This document shows positions 28,053 through 37,869 of a DNA stretch of 64,000 nucleotides, in pieces. The position numbers were made by a program, and so were the translations under genes. Below the pieces are notes generated by a model. That model was given only the letters and a program-made list of their open reading frames with translations. It searched no databases and was not told the DNA's origin. The DNA is from an uncultured Poribacteria bacterium (GTDB lineage Bacteria > Poribacteria > WGA-4E > WGA-3G), in NCBI GenBank assembly GCA_958296135.2, contig CATQHZ020000001.1, positions 4,864,001 to 4,928,000 on the forward strand, given 5' to 3'. The first letter of the stretch is position 1, and the number at the start of each line of letters is the position of its first letter.

Positions 28053-29246
28053 TCATTTTGCCCAGAGAGGCAGCAGCACCCTCGTTAACTTCGCGAGGCT
28101 CTCCAAATTGTGCGCCGGGAGAAAATAATCTACGTAAGGCAACGCCGTGCGGATGCCTCGACAAATCGGTTGATACCCCTCACTGCCGAGCAACGGATTG
28201 AGCCATATCAGCCGATGGGCATGCCGGTGGAGCATCTCCATCGCGCGGCGGAGCACCGCCGCATCGCCCCTATCCCAGCCATCGCTGATAAGAATGACAA
28301 CTGAACGGTAAGCAGAGAACGAAGGCGCGAACTGCCGATAAAACGCCAGCAGACTTTCGCCTATTTTCGTCCCACCAGCCCAGTCCTGCACGATGTTTGC
28401 TACCTCATTCAACCCCTCCGCTAATCCCTTGCGGCGGAGGAGTCCGGTGATGTTCGTCAAGTGCGTGCTGAAGACTGCCACCTCCACCTCTCGCAGTTCC
28501 TGTTGCATCCCGTAGATAAATTGGATGAGGAACTTGGCGTAGCAATCCATGGAGCCGCTCACGTCGCAGAGCAGGAGGATTTTCGTCTTTTTAATTTTCT
28601 GCCGTCTCCGAATGAGTTCCAGCGGTTCACCGCCGTGTGCGAGGTTTTTTCGCCAACTTTGCCGGAAATCGATCGTGTGTCCTTTGCCGCCTGTCACCTT
28701 TCTGCGGCTCAGTTTTGTGGCGAGGAGAGCCGCCAATTTGGCGATAATCTCCCGCGCCGCCTCCATATCCGCCTCCGTGAAATCGCTAAAATCCTTCCGA
28801 GTTAGCACTTCCTCCGCGCTATAAGCGATAGCATCCTCGTCTGTCCCTTCTTCGTCCGAGTCTTCCTCGAAATCAAGCCATTGCTCAATGATGTTCTCTT
28901 CGTCGGCTTCGTCGGCGAGCTCTTGCAGGGATAGCGGTTCGGGTGCTTCGCCTTCGGTATCGACAGCTTGGAATTCGGGGCGTGGGTATCGCCAGAAGAG
29001 GTTGAACGCCGTGTCAAACGTCTCCCGGTCAGCCGCTGTCGCGATGAGGTTCGTGCGCGCCGCGTGATAAAACGCCTCACGCTGGCTGATGTCAATCAGC
29101 GGCACGCTCCTGCACCAGCTGAGTTGATTGGTGGTGCTGACGTTCACGCCCATCTGGCGTAGCAGGCGGCAGAAGTCAGTGATTTGTTGGAGGAGAACCC
29201 GGTGTTCCCAGCTCTCTGATTGTAGAAGAGTGTGCTGATTGCTCAT
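28053..29246 (-). CDS. CoxE-like VWA domain protein
   Basis: DVSGSM, FSTHL, GGTKIG, ISDGWD, LIWLNPL. Confidence 0.9.
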   Translation of the reverse strand: MSNQHTLLQSESWEHRVLLQQITDFCRLLRQMGVNVSTTNQLSWCRSVPLIDISQREAFYHAARTNLIATAADRETFDTAFNLFWRYPRPEFQAVDTEGEAPEPLSLQELADEADEENIIEQWLDFEEDSDEEGTDEDAIAYSAEEVLTRKDFSDFTEADMEAAREIIAKLAALLATKLSRRKVTGGKGHTIDFRQSWRKNLAHGGEPLELIRRRQKIKKTKILLLCDVSGSMDCYAKFLIQFIYGMQQELREVEVAVFSTHLTNITGLLRRKGLAEGLNEVANIVQDWAGGTKIGESLLAFYRQFAPSFSAYRSVVILISDGWDRGDAAVLRRAMEMLHRHAHRLIWLNPLLGSEGYQPICRGIRTALPYVDYFLPAHNLESLAKLTRVLLPLWAK

Positions 29247-30187
29247 CGGCTGGCTCCCCGTTTTTCTACGCACGCGACGAACTTATCTAACTGTTCAGAG
29301 ACGCTGTCAAACATCGTGCAGACCTGCCTCGCGTTCCTTAATGTTTTTTTACGCTTAATCTCAAAGAGATAACTATTATTGAACCGGTGGCGAAACCTTA
29401 AAATCGGATGCAATTTTTCAGCAGTTTCCGGCGAGATTACCGGTGGACGGGACAGGTGTGCTTGCGTCATTTGCACCAGCAAGGCTTTCTGCCAATCTTC
29501 TCCTTTCGGCACACGCCCATCAATTTCCCGAGCGACGCGCCGGAAGATATTCTCCAGTCCCGAGTAGAAACGAGAAATACTGAGGGCAATCATGCCGACA
29601 GACTCTGTCCTGTATTGAACAGGAATCTCTTCTATATTTTCGAGACATTTCATCTGAGTGACAGCTCGTTCCATTTTCGCGCGTTCATCGGCGATGCGCT
29701 GGAGCAGTTTTCGCCGACTCACTTCGTAGGGTGCCTCCGGTGTCATCAGGTGGGATTTCCACATCTCCGTAGAACCTGTTTCCCCGATTTGAATCGGCAC
29801 CGCTTGGCTCTCTATCCGCTCGCGGAAACGCCCTTTACAACTGTCGAAATCGACGAGATCTACCTTGAACTCGGGGCTCAAATAGTAGACATCGTAAGCC
29901 GCCCTCAGATACGCGCTATTGGAAAGCCCCCAGACGGCGATGTCAATATCCGACCCTTTGGAGAACCAATCGCGCTCGGCGAGCGAACCGAACACTGCAA
30001 CGCGCGTCGCACCGAAGTCTTCATAAAGCATCGCCGCCACCCGATACGCTGTCTGCCACGCACGCTGCAGCAACGCCTCATCCACTTGCCGAGAGCGAAA
30101 GTGTGCGTCAAGACGTTCGCGGTATGCCGCCAGTTCCGCCGGCGATAACTCTTTCGCAGTGCGATGAGTATCTGTTGATTGATGCAT
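29243..30187 (-). CDS. Fused minimal nucleotidyltransferase (MNT) and HEPN domain protein
   Basis: FGSLA...SDIDIAV N-terminus; FYSGLENIF...RFRHRFNNSY C-terminus. Confidence 0.85.
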   Translation of the reverse strand: MHQSTDTHRTAKELSPAELAAYRERLDAHFRSRQVDEALLQRAWQTAYRVAAMLYEDFGATRVAVFGSLAERDWFSKGSDIDIAVWGLSNSAYLRAAYDVYYLSPEFKVDLVDFDSCKGRFRERIESQAVPIQIGETGSTEMWKSHLMTPEAPYEVSRRKLLQRIADERAKMERAVTQMKCLENIEEIPVQYRTESVGMIALSISRFYSGLENIFRRVAREIDGRVPKGEDWQKALLVQMTQAHLSRPPVISPETAEKLHPILRFRHRFNNSYLFEIKRKKTLRNARQVCTMFDSVSEQLDKFVACVEKRGASR

Positions 30188-30373
30188 GGTAAAAATCTCC
30201 TTGGAAAATAGGATACCATGAAAACGGTTGGAAATGCAAGAAAAAAAGAGAGGCTCGCAGCGTTGCGAGCCCCTCTATCGGGACCAGCGGAGATATACAG
30301 AGACCTTTAATTGTCCTGTATCTGTGTTGCGAGCCCCTTTATCGGGCCCCGAGGTCTTTCCTACTGGGCCCGG

Positions 30374-30598
30374 CTATGCCGGCAGCGCGCGGAATTTTCC
30401 TGCCACTTTCACAACGACAGGAAATCCCTCAAAAGTCGTTTCACTTTTGAGTCTCCGCGTGATAGGAGAATCGGCATCTGCTACGTAGGCATGCAACGCG
30501 TCGGAATCCGCGATGCGGCCGATGCCTATGCCGACGAAACCTTCTTCGGAACGATAACGTGCTCCGAAGTGTTTCTTTGCCTCAAAAATCGCTTTCAT
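30374..30598 (-). CDS. Small protein resembling a protease prodomain, copy 2
   Basis: 74 aa, 57/74 identical to 31047-31271 by manual alignment. Confidence 0.75.
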   Translation of the reverse strand: MKAIFEAKKHFGARYRSEEGFVGIGIGRIADSDALHAYVADADSPITRRLKSETTFEGFPVVVKVAGKFRALPA

Positions 30599-30602
30599 AA
30601 GG

Positions 30603-30911
30603 CTACCCATTTGTCAAGGGCTTAGGGACTGCGTGCTCTTGTAGGTAATCCACCAGCGATTGCGCGGAGGCCGGAAGCGTCGCATCATCATAGATGACAG
30701 AGATTGCCAAGTCATCACCCTCAATCGTGATGCGGTACTGCTGGAGATCCCGGCCCGACTTAGAGAAAAACTCTCCCGAGGTCGAAATCCCACTTGCATT
30801 AGCGATTTGCTCCAATTCTTGGGCCGTGTCCGGGGCAAGCCCTTCGGTATCAAGTTCACACGCCTTGAGCATCCCCATAAAACCGCCTGACTGAACAAAA
30901 CTGATTTTCAT
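30603..30911 (-). CDS. Emfourin (protealysin inhibitor) family protein
   Basis: MKISFVQSGGFMG, GRDLQQYRITIE, DDATLP...LVDYL. Confidence 0.8.
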   Translation of the reverse strand: MKISFVQSGGFMGMLKACELDTEGLAPDTAQELEQIANASGISTSGEFFSKSGRDLQQYRITIEGDDLAISVIYDDATLPASAQSLVDYLQEHAVPKPLTNG

Positions 30912-31046
30912 TCGCTTCCCTCCGCATATACACAGGATATCCGTCTCCTGTAGGTGCGCGCTCACGGTCGCGAGGCTTTCTAGCGCAGACCGCGGCTTTT
31001 CAAAAAGCGCGAGGTTCGCCGCTTGCGAGCCCCTCTATTGGCCGGG

Positions 31047-31271
31047 TTATGCAGGAAGCGCGCGCACCTTTCCCATCACTTCCACAACGATAGGAAATCC
31101 CTCAAAAGTCGCTTCACTTTTGAGTTTCTGCGCGACGGGAGAATCGGCTCCTGCCACATAAACCCGCAAAGCCTCGGAATTTGCGGCGCGGCCAATGCCT
31201 ACGCCGACAAAACCTTCTTCGGAACGATAACGTGCTCCGAAGTGTTTCTTTGCCTCAAAAATCGTTTTCAT
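31047..31271 (-). CDS. Small protein resembling a protease prodomain, copy 1
   Basis: GVGIG...LRVYV...FEGFPIVVEVMGKVRA; GAGG RBS. Confidence 0.75.
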   Translation of the reverse strand: MKTIFEAKKHFGARYRSEEGFVGVGIGRAANSEALRVYVAGADSPVAQKLKSEATFEGFPIVVEVMGKVRALPA

Positions 31272-31275
31272 GACT

Positions 31276-32249
31276 TTATTCCTCTTGTCCAACGACAGTT
31301 ACGCCGTAGTGTTGGAGAACTAGCTTTATGGGATTTGCGATAGTTATCTCGCCATCCTCTGATCCAGCAAAGAGCAAGGCAACCGGATCACGTGTCTCAG
31401 CATCCACAATGAGTGAACCAGAGTCACCACTTTGGGAGAAGAAACCTGAAGAACCCTTGTTCTTTACCACAATCTGGTTTTCAAACCATGCCCGAAGGTT
31501 TTGAGTACCGTCCCCATAATTTACCCAGAAGTCCCCGCTAATATCCGATACGACACCGGTCGTGTGCCCTGTTGTTCGACCATACTTTCGGACGGTTTGA
31601 CCCTCCATGGCCGTTCGCGGCGTAGAGTTAAGTCTTCCAATATCAATAATCTCTGGTGAGACGACATCTTGGTTACAGTCTCCAACCAATGCTATCGCTG
31701 CATCGATATCGTTAGACCTTCCGGTGAAATTAATCTCTTGGTACGGTTCAAGAGTCGCAATCCTATCATCAGGGAGCGTTCCACCATCCGCTGAGCCGGG
31801 TTGAATCACCGGATCCCCTTCTCTCGCGGCATTACTGTTAGCCAACACATGGTTGTTACTCAAGATGTAGTGATTCCCATCTCTTTCAACAAGGCACCCG
31901 AGTGTTCCTGCCGTAACGTCTGGGTGTCCAGCAGAAACACCACATGGAGTCGGACGGTGTAGATCTCGGTAAGCAACAATCTGACCTACTGCGACAACAT
32001 CAGTCGGCAGATCACCGAACTGGTCGGGAAATCTTTGATTTGGTAATAATTCGCGTACGTAGACTCGAACTGTGGATTCCCCAGACAAAACCGTGCCATC
32101 AACGATTTTTGCCCCAATGCCCCAGCCGATTATATCTTCTGAGATGGGCCCGGGCTCTATTGATCTTCCAACTGCCTCCGCTGAGACAGACGGACCACGA
32201 AAGTACGCGGATACCGCCTGCTTGCCTTAAGTTGTCTTGGAGTGAGCAT
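31276..32249 (-). CDS. Nal1-like trypsin-fold serine protease with an apparent 1-nt frameshift near codon 10
   Basis: GTLGC, LSNNHV, DIDAA, GRTTG, GDSGS; GGAGG+ATG at 32249 is one base out of frame. Confidence 0.8.
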
Positions 32250-32392
32250 GCAAACCTCCGGTTTGGTTTAGGCTTAATGCCTAACACTTACTATACACAA
32301 TTTTTCTACAAAAAACAACATTAAAATTTTCATGAAAGGCGAGGGACAGGCCCTCGCCCTACGTTTCGCGGTAGGCGCGCTTTGAAAGCGCG

Positions 32393-33796
32393 CTACTTCC
32401 GAATCAACATCTTCTTGGTTGCAGAGAATTCACCGGCTTTGAGCGTGTAGAAATACACCCCGCTCGCAACAGGCTCTCCCTGTGCATTTCGGCCATCCCA
32501 ATATGCAGCACGGGATTTGTCCGAATAGACACCCGCTGGAACTTGGCCCAACTCCAATGTGCGAACCAGTTTCCCATCCGCCGAATGGATGGAGACCGAG
32601 ACTTCAGCAGACTGTGCCAACTGATACGGTATCCACGTTTCCGGGTTAAACGGATTCGGATAGTTCTCCAGTAGTGCTGTTACGGGCGGTGCCAGTTGCG
32701 CGGGTTGTTCGGGTGCCGCAAGTGCACTCCCGCCTGTCCAACGGTAGATGCGGACGTAGCCATCCGAACAGCCGACAGCCATCTTTTTTCCGTCGTCACT
32801 AAATGCGATGCAATACGGCGTGGACGGAATATTAACTCTCGCATCAAGATCACCGTTGGAAATGTCCCAGAAAAGCACCTGTTGGCTCCCTGTCTTATCT
32901 CCACAATACGCGAGAATTTCCCCGTTCGGCGTGAATTCTATGTCGCGTATATAGTAACTCGAGTCGAGGGTACGCAGCAGATCACCGCTCCAATTCCAGA
33001 TGTAGAGGCGGTTCTGCCAATCGACTCCGGCTACCCGTATGGAGTTATTGGAATAGTTATCGGTGATTGCAATGTCTTTAATGGATTCTGAGCCCCAGTA
33101 GTTATCGGTTATTTTGCCATCGGGACCATAAGTCCATTCATCAATGTTGCGGTCGCCATCCGCGACGTAGACTCTCGATCCGTCAGGAAGGATATCTATA
33201 GCGTTCATGTCCAAATGGTCCGCTCCTCCTGCGATTTTGAGTTGCCACCCGTTGGTCCCCCATGTGTCATAGATTGCCCAGCCGTGATGACGGACCTCTA
33301 CGCAGACGGGGCCGAACGCAACAGTCTGATCCCATTCAGCACATGAATTACCACCTGCTACTGCGACATAGTCCGCATCATCGTCTATAGCGATCTGTCG
33401 CCCCGACGAGCTACCAAAACCGCCAACTATGTGAGTCGAAGCGATACCGGGCATGTCGCCAGTTGTATGCCGCAAGTGAAGGCTCTGATTGTACATCACG
33501 GCGAGAACACTGAAATTCTTTGCAACGTCAATAGAGTGCACGCGTCCGCTGCCATTCCAATCTCTCCACCAGTACCGGCCTGACGAGATGTCCCATTTGT
33601 AAAGCCGATCTCCCTTACCGAAGAAGACCTCGTTGTTGCCCTTAAACCCTACATCGAGGATCTCGGAATTAATATCCTCATCGTTGGCCTGACCGTTAAG
33701 ACTCAGGTCATACACCCATGATTGCGCTGCTGTCATCTGGCATAACGTTGCCATGAGCAGCACGGCAGTTAGGGTGAAAACTAAACTTCTCATCAT
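32393..33796 (-). CDS. Secreted WD40-like propeller with C-terminal FlgD-Ig/sorting-like domain
   Basis: Signal peptide, WD-like repeats, NYPNPFNPETWIPYQL...WDGRN...ASGVYFY. Confidence 0.88.
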   Translation of the reverse strand: MMRSLVFTLTAVLLMATLCQMTAAQSWVYDLSLNGQANDEDINSEILDVGFKGNNEVFFGKGDRLYKWDISSGRYWWRDWNGSGRVHSIDVAKNFSVLAVMYNQSLHLRHTTGDMPGIASTHIVGGFGSSSGRQIAIDDDADYVAVAGGNSCAEWDQTVAFGPVCVEVRHHGWAIYDTWGTNGWQLKIAGGADHLDMNAIDILPDGSRVYVADGDRNIDEWTYGPDGKITDNYWGSESIKDIAITDNYSNNSIRVAGVDWQNRLYIWNWSGDLLRTLDSSYYIRDIEFTPNGEILAYCGDKTGSQQVLFWDISNGDLDARVNIPSTPYCIAFSDDGKKMAVGCSDGYVRIYRWTGGSALAAPEQPAQLAPPVTALLENYPNPFNPETWIPYQLAQSAEVSVSIHSADGKLVRTLELGQVPAGVYSDKSRAAYWDGRNAQGEPVASGVYFYTLKAGEFSATKKMLIRK

Positions 33797-34178
33797 AATT
33801 CTCCTTGCTCGCCACAAGAGCAAGCAATAAAAATGATTGTGGTTAATAGCGGCGGCATTACTCGCGCCGCCGCATCACATCGGAAAAACACCTGCCGCCA
33901 TCAAGATCGCTATCCCGTTGCCCCCATCTCCTCGGTTCGCCCACTCCATCGAAAACGCGCGAAGACAGTAACTCACGCCCCCAAACGCAGCGCGCGGAAA
34001 CTTCTCGCTGAGGCAAAACTGGACAAACGGGGAAAATAATGGAAACGGTGGCAACCGGAAACGTGGCAGGGAAATGCATCGGGCCAGTCCCAATGCAACA
34101 GAAATAGCCCGCCACGCAAAGAATGCGTGCGGGATTGATGACAAAACGCCGAATATCGACGCTGTCAAGCGGATAAAT

Positions 34179-34358
34179 TTACTTAACGCCCGTGAATGTC
34201 GGGGGGGGGGTGAAGCCTCCCCTTGGGGCATCAAGGCGAACGGGAACGTGTGACGGCGCGACAACGGGCATAGACGCACGGTGCGCGTGCATCTCACGGT
34301 GCCCTGGCAGGTCTACGGTGACCTTTTTCGCAATGGGATTCAAAATTCGCTGGTTCAC
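34179..34358 (-). CDS. Putative 59-aa leader ORF containing a C10 homopolymer
   Basis: GAGG RBS then GTG, downstream of a strong promoter; below the ORF-track cutoff; no recognisable family. Confidence 0.35.
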   Translation of the reverse strand: MNQRILNPIAKKVTVDLPGHREMHAHRASMPVVAPSHVPVRLDAPRGGFTPPPTFTGVK

Positions 34359-34439
34359 GTGTCGTTCCTCGTTCAGCTAGTTTGCGGATTTCGTTCTCGC
34401 GGTGGCGCGTTTTTTCGCGCCTTCACCACGTTTGCATTT

Positions 34440-34469
34440 ATTATACACAAAAAATGCAATAAATGTCAA
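34440..34469 (-). promoter_or_regulatory. Near-consensus sigma70 promoter
   Basis: TTGACA-N18-TATAAT on minus strand. Confidence 0.7.
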
Positions 34470-34606
34470 CGTTTTTTCGCGAAAAATCGAGAAAACAGTC
34501 GAATTTAAGCGAAAAATTGACAAAAACGTTCAAAACTGATGTTATTTTAGCAAATTTTGCATTTTTTGTCAAGTTTTGCAAAAAAACGAAAAACGCTCCC
34601 TCTACC

Positions 34607-35381
34607 GTAGCGCGAGGGCCTGTCCCTCGCGATCTCCCGAAGAAAACAGCCTTCTTTGAACGTAGCGCGAGGGCCTGTCCCTCGCGATCTCCCGACCTAT
34701 GCGAGAACCGTCCTTGGTTGAGGTGCCTAAGGACGGTTTCTGTGACGACCGAGGCATGGCGAGGCACAGGACCTCGCCCTACGGTGAGGGGGGCGGGACT
34801 TAGCCGTAGCGCGAGGGCCGTTACGCCGAAACTTTGTCCTCTCTGCAGCCTCGCTGCAGAGATGTCCACTGTCCCTCGCGATCTCTCGACCGCCACGAAA
34901 AATGCCCGCAGCCCAGAAGCCGCGAACGTTTTTGACAGGATCGGGCATGGCGAGGCACAGGCCCTCGCCCTACGGTGAGGGGGCGGGACTTAGCCGTAGC
35001 GCGAGGGCCGTTACGGTCACGCCTACAGCAAACGTGCGTGTGTCGCCCCGCGTAAACACGGTCACGTCTACAGTAAACGTGCGTGTGTCGCCCCGCGTAA
35101 ACACGCTACCTTACTTTAACGTTGTCCTCTCTGCAGCCTCGCTGCAGAGATGTCCACTGTCCCTCGCGATCTCTCGACCGCCACGAAAAATGCCCGCAGC
35201 CCAGAAGCCGCGAACGTTTTTGACAGGATCGGGCATGGCGAGGCACAGGCCCTCGCCCTACGGTGAGGGGGGGGGCGGCTCGATGCATAGCGAGGGACAG
35301 GCGCTGGCTCGAGTTGAAAGATAGCGCGATGGTTCGTTTCGGGCGGCTCGATGCATAGCGAGGGACAGACCCGCGCCCTAC
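34607..35381. repeat. Dense cluster of REP-like elements with internal duplications
   Basis: Several GTAG palindromes in both orientations, about 150-bp direct repeat (34835 and 35122), 45-bp tandem repeat at 35013. Confidence 0.9.
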
Positions 35382-35435
35382 GTTTTGCAAGGAATGAACG
35401 CGCATCGTCCCTACATCCCTTTAACTGTTTTCACC

Positions 35436-37382
35436 CTACGGCCAAAAATTATACATCGGCTGCTGCGTCACAACACTAATTAGACTCCAAATCCCACCTA
35501 CCGTGAAATCGCCGAGCATCAACCCTATCGCGAACATCACTAAACGTTGCGAAGCGCGCGGGCCCGCTATCTTCAAGACTGCCCACTTGACAACAGAACT
35601 CACTAACATGCAACTCCAGAGATACCGCATCCCCCAATCGCTACAGACGACAAACCCGATCGGATGGAACGGCCACCAGAAGAAACGCGCCCGCATAAAC
35701 ATCAAAACCGTCGAAAAGCACAACCCGAAAAGGATGCCGCCGGTGGCATAGAAATTCGGCTCCGTCGGATAATAGAGCCAGCGTTGCAACCCGTTGAAGA
35801 CGCGCCCACCGAAGCCTGTCGCCCAACTACTGGTGCCGCTCATGTTCAACGCGCCGTAGGTATAAAATAGATACAGGATAACGCCGAATACCATCACGGC
35901 GGCGAACGCGGAAATGCCGAGTATCGCGAAGAACAACCGACTCGGCGCGATAGCGGAACGTTCCAAGAGTTTGAAGCCTTCCAACTGATGTGGCATCGGG
36001 TTGCTGGTATAACTCCGATTGAACCAGCGGTAGAGCGTCAATGCAACAAGGTTATTCGTGCCGAGTGCCCGCGTGCCGAAACTGTCAACGAGGATGTGGT
36101 GGTTCGGCATGTTCTCCATCGCATGCACAGGGAACCCTTGCTCGGCGCGCATCCGCGTCAGCACGAAGACGATGATGAAATAGATGGCGAAAAAGAGCGG
36201 CATCAACCAGAACGACATGCCGATACGCTTGGAGAAGAGGAAGAGTAGCGCGAGCCCACCGATGATACCCCACAGCGCAAATCGATAGGATACCGGTTCA
36301 TCTGCATCTTCGCCAGTGCGGTGCCGCGCGATGCGGAAAACACCCCGGAAATGCCGCAGGTTCAGCACGAACACGGAGATGAAAATTCCGACCGCGGCAC
36401 CGAAGCACTGCCTGTCGATATACGGAAACCCCGGCAGGCTAGAGAGCCCGGCTGCACTGGTGATGACTAATTGCGCCTTATAGAAGAGGAAGAAGAACCA
36501 ACTTGAAAACGCCAGATCGAGCGGCATCAACAGCCCTAGCCCGATGACGAACGGATAATAGGACATGCTGATACCGCCGATGGCGTTCCACGGCTTTTCT
36601 GTAAAAAGATGTCCGAACCCTTGCCACCCGCCGATGCGCTTAATCGGCAGATTCGGAATTGTTGGATAGAGGAAACTGAGCCCGTTTAGCACGGCAATTG
36701 AGGCGGCAATTCCGAATCCGAGCCACGTGATACGATGCGAGAATAGCGATTTTGTATTGTGGGTGACGTGAAAGGCGATTTGTGTAATCGGATAGGCGAG
36801 CCGTTCGCGTTCTACCCACTGCTTCCGCAAGATGACGTTAATGCACAACATCACAAGGACGATAGCCGTCATGAACGCCGCCCACGCTAGCGTCGGCCCG
36901 AGCCAGGCACTAATAATTTCTAGCGTGGTGAGGCTCGATTCACCGGTGTAATACCCTGCAAGCACTTTCTGTTCATCAACGAGGAGCCATCTCGGTAGGT
37001 AATCCCAAAAGAGCTGCTTCCATTCGTTTTCGGGGGTGGCGAACCAGAAGGCGTGTCCAATGGTAGTGACGAGAATCGTCATTAGCGTGATGGACGGGAA
37101 CGCGCACGCCGTGCTGAGCAGAATGTATATCGTGAGGAGCTCCGCATTGTCAAGTAGAACTCGGCGCGTCGTTCGCTTGGCGACAAGGGTGAGCAGCGTC
37201 AACGCGAAGACGACGAAAACGACGTTGTAAAACGGAACGGCGTAGGTATTCAGCGCATACCCGACGAGCCCGACTTCACCCGCGATAATCCAATAAAAAT
37301 TGAACGGCATCAGCACGAGCGTGATGGCGATGGATTTCCACGTTACGCCTTGTGCGCGATGTAGGCGTTCATCATCCTGCAT
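35436..37382 (-). CDS. Polytopic membrane protein (DUF6785/DUF6784-like, putative transporter)
   Basis: 648 aa, many TM helices, RKQWVERERLAYP, RMRAEQG, WWPFHPIG. Confidence 0.8.
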   Translation of the reverse strand: MQDDERLHRAQGVTWKSIAITLVLMPFNFYWIIAGEVGLVGYALNTYAVPFYNVVFVVFALTLLTLVAKRTTRRVLLDNAELLTIYILLSTACAFPSITLMTILVTTIGHAFWFATPENEWKQLFWDYLPRWLLVDEQKVLAGYYTGESSLTTLEIISAWLGPTLAWAAFMTAIVLVMLCINVILRKQWVERERLAYPITQIAFHVTHNTKSLFSHRITWLGFGIAASIAVLNGLSFLYPTIPNLPIKRIGGWQGFGHLFTEKPWNAIGGISMSYYPFVIGLGLLMPLDLAFSSWFFFLFYKAQLVITSAAGLSSLPGFPYIDRQCFGAAVGIFISVFVLNLRHFRGVFRIARHRTGEDADEPVSYRFALWGIIGGLALLFLFSKRIGMSFWLMPLFFAIYFIIVFVLTRMRAEQGFPVHAMENMPNHHILVDSFGTRALGTNNLVALTLYRWFNRSYTSNPMPHQLEGFKLLERSAIAPSRLFFAILGISAFAAVMVFGVILYLFYTYGALNMSGTSSWATGFGGRVFNGLQRWLYYPTEPNFYATGGILFGLCFSTVLMFMRARFFWWPFHPIGFVVCSDWGMRYLWSCMLVSSVVKWAVLKIAGPRASQRLVMFAIGLMLGDFTVGGIWSLISVVTQQPMYNFWP

Positions 37383-37409
37383 GCGGCGAGTTCCTCCGCG
37401 TAAAGCATG

Positions 37410-37736
37410 TCAAGATACCTCTTCATCCTTCTTGTGCTGCGCGAGGGCCGCCGCGAACCTGTCAAAGTCAGTGGACACGCGGGCAAAGAGCCGATGAATC
37501 TGCTTTGCATGCGCCTCGGTGAGCTCGTAAACCAGCTCTTCGGGATAGATGTTGCGAACTTTGTGGCGGAATTCTAAGAGTTCCCCAAGGAGTACCGCCG
37601 TTTCTTGGGAGATGACAGGCGGCCGTTGCGTGCGAGGTTCTGCCATCTGCACAAGCAAGGCTTTGTGCCACTCTTCGCCACTCGGCACGTGTCTGTCTAT
37701 CTCACGGGCAATCCGCTCAAAAATCTGCTCAATAGT
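37410..37736 (-). pseudogene. 5'-truncated HEPN domain remnant
   Basis: IEQIFERIAREID...WHKALLVQM...EFRHKVRNIY matches the C-half of 29243-30187; similarity stops at a REP element. Confidence 0.7.
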
Positions 37737-37869
37737 GGTGTCCGACCGCGGGGGACAGTGGACATCTCTGCAGACAACGTCTCGGCGTAACGGCCCCCAC
37801 GCCTAGGTAATTCTCTGCAGGAAGCCTGCAGAGATTTTTTGCCTCTAGACGTGCCCCCGCTAGGTGTGC

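Noticed and set aside
34441-35405. Several 70-170 aa ORFs
   Set aside because: They are translations of REP repeats with no RBS or domain evidence
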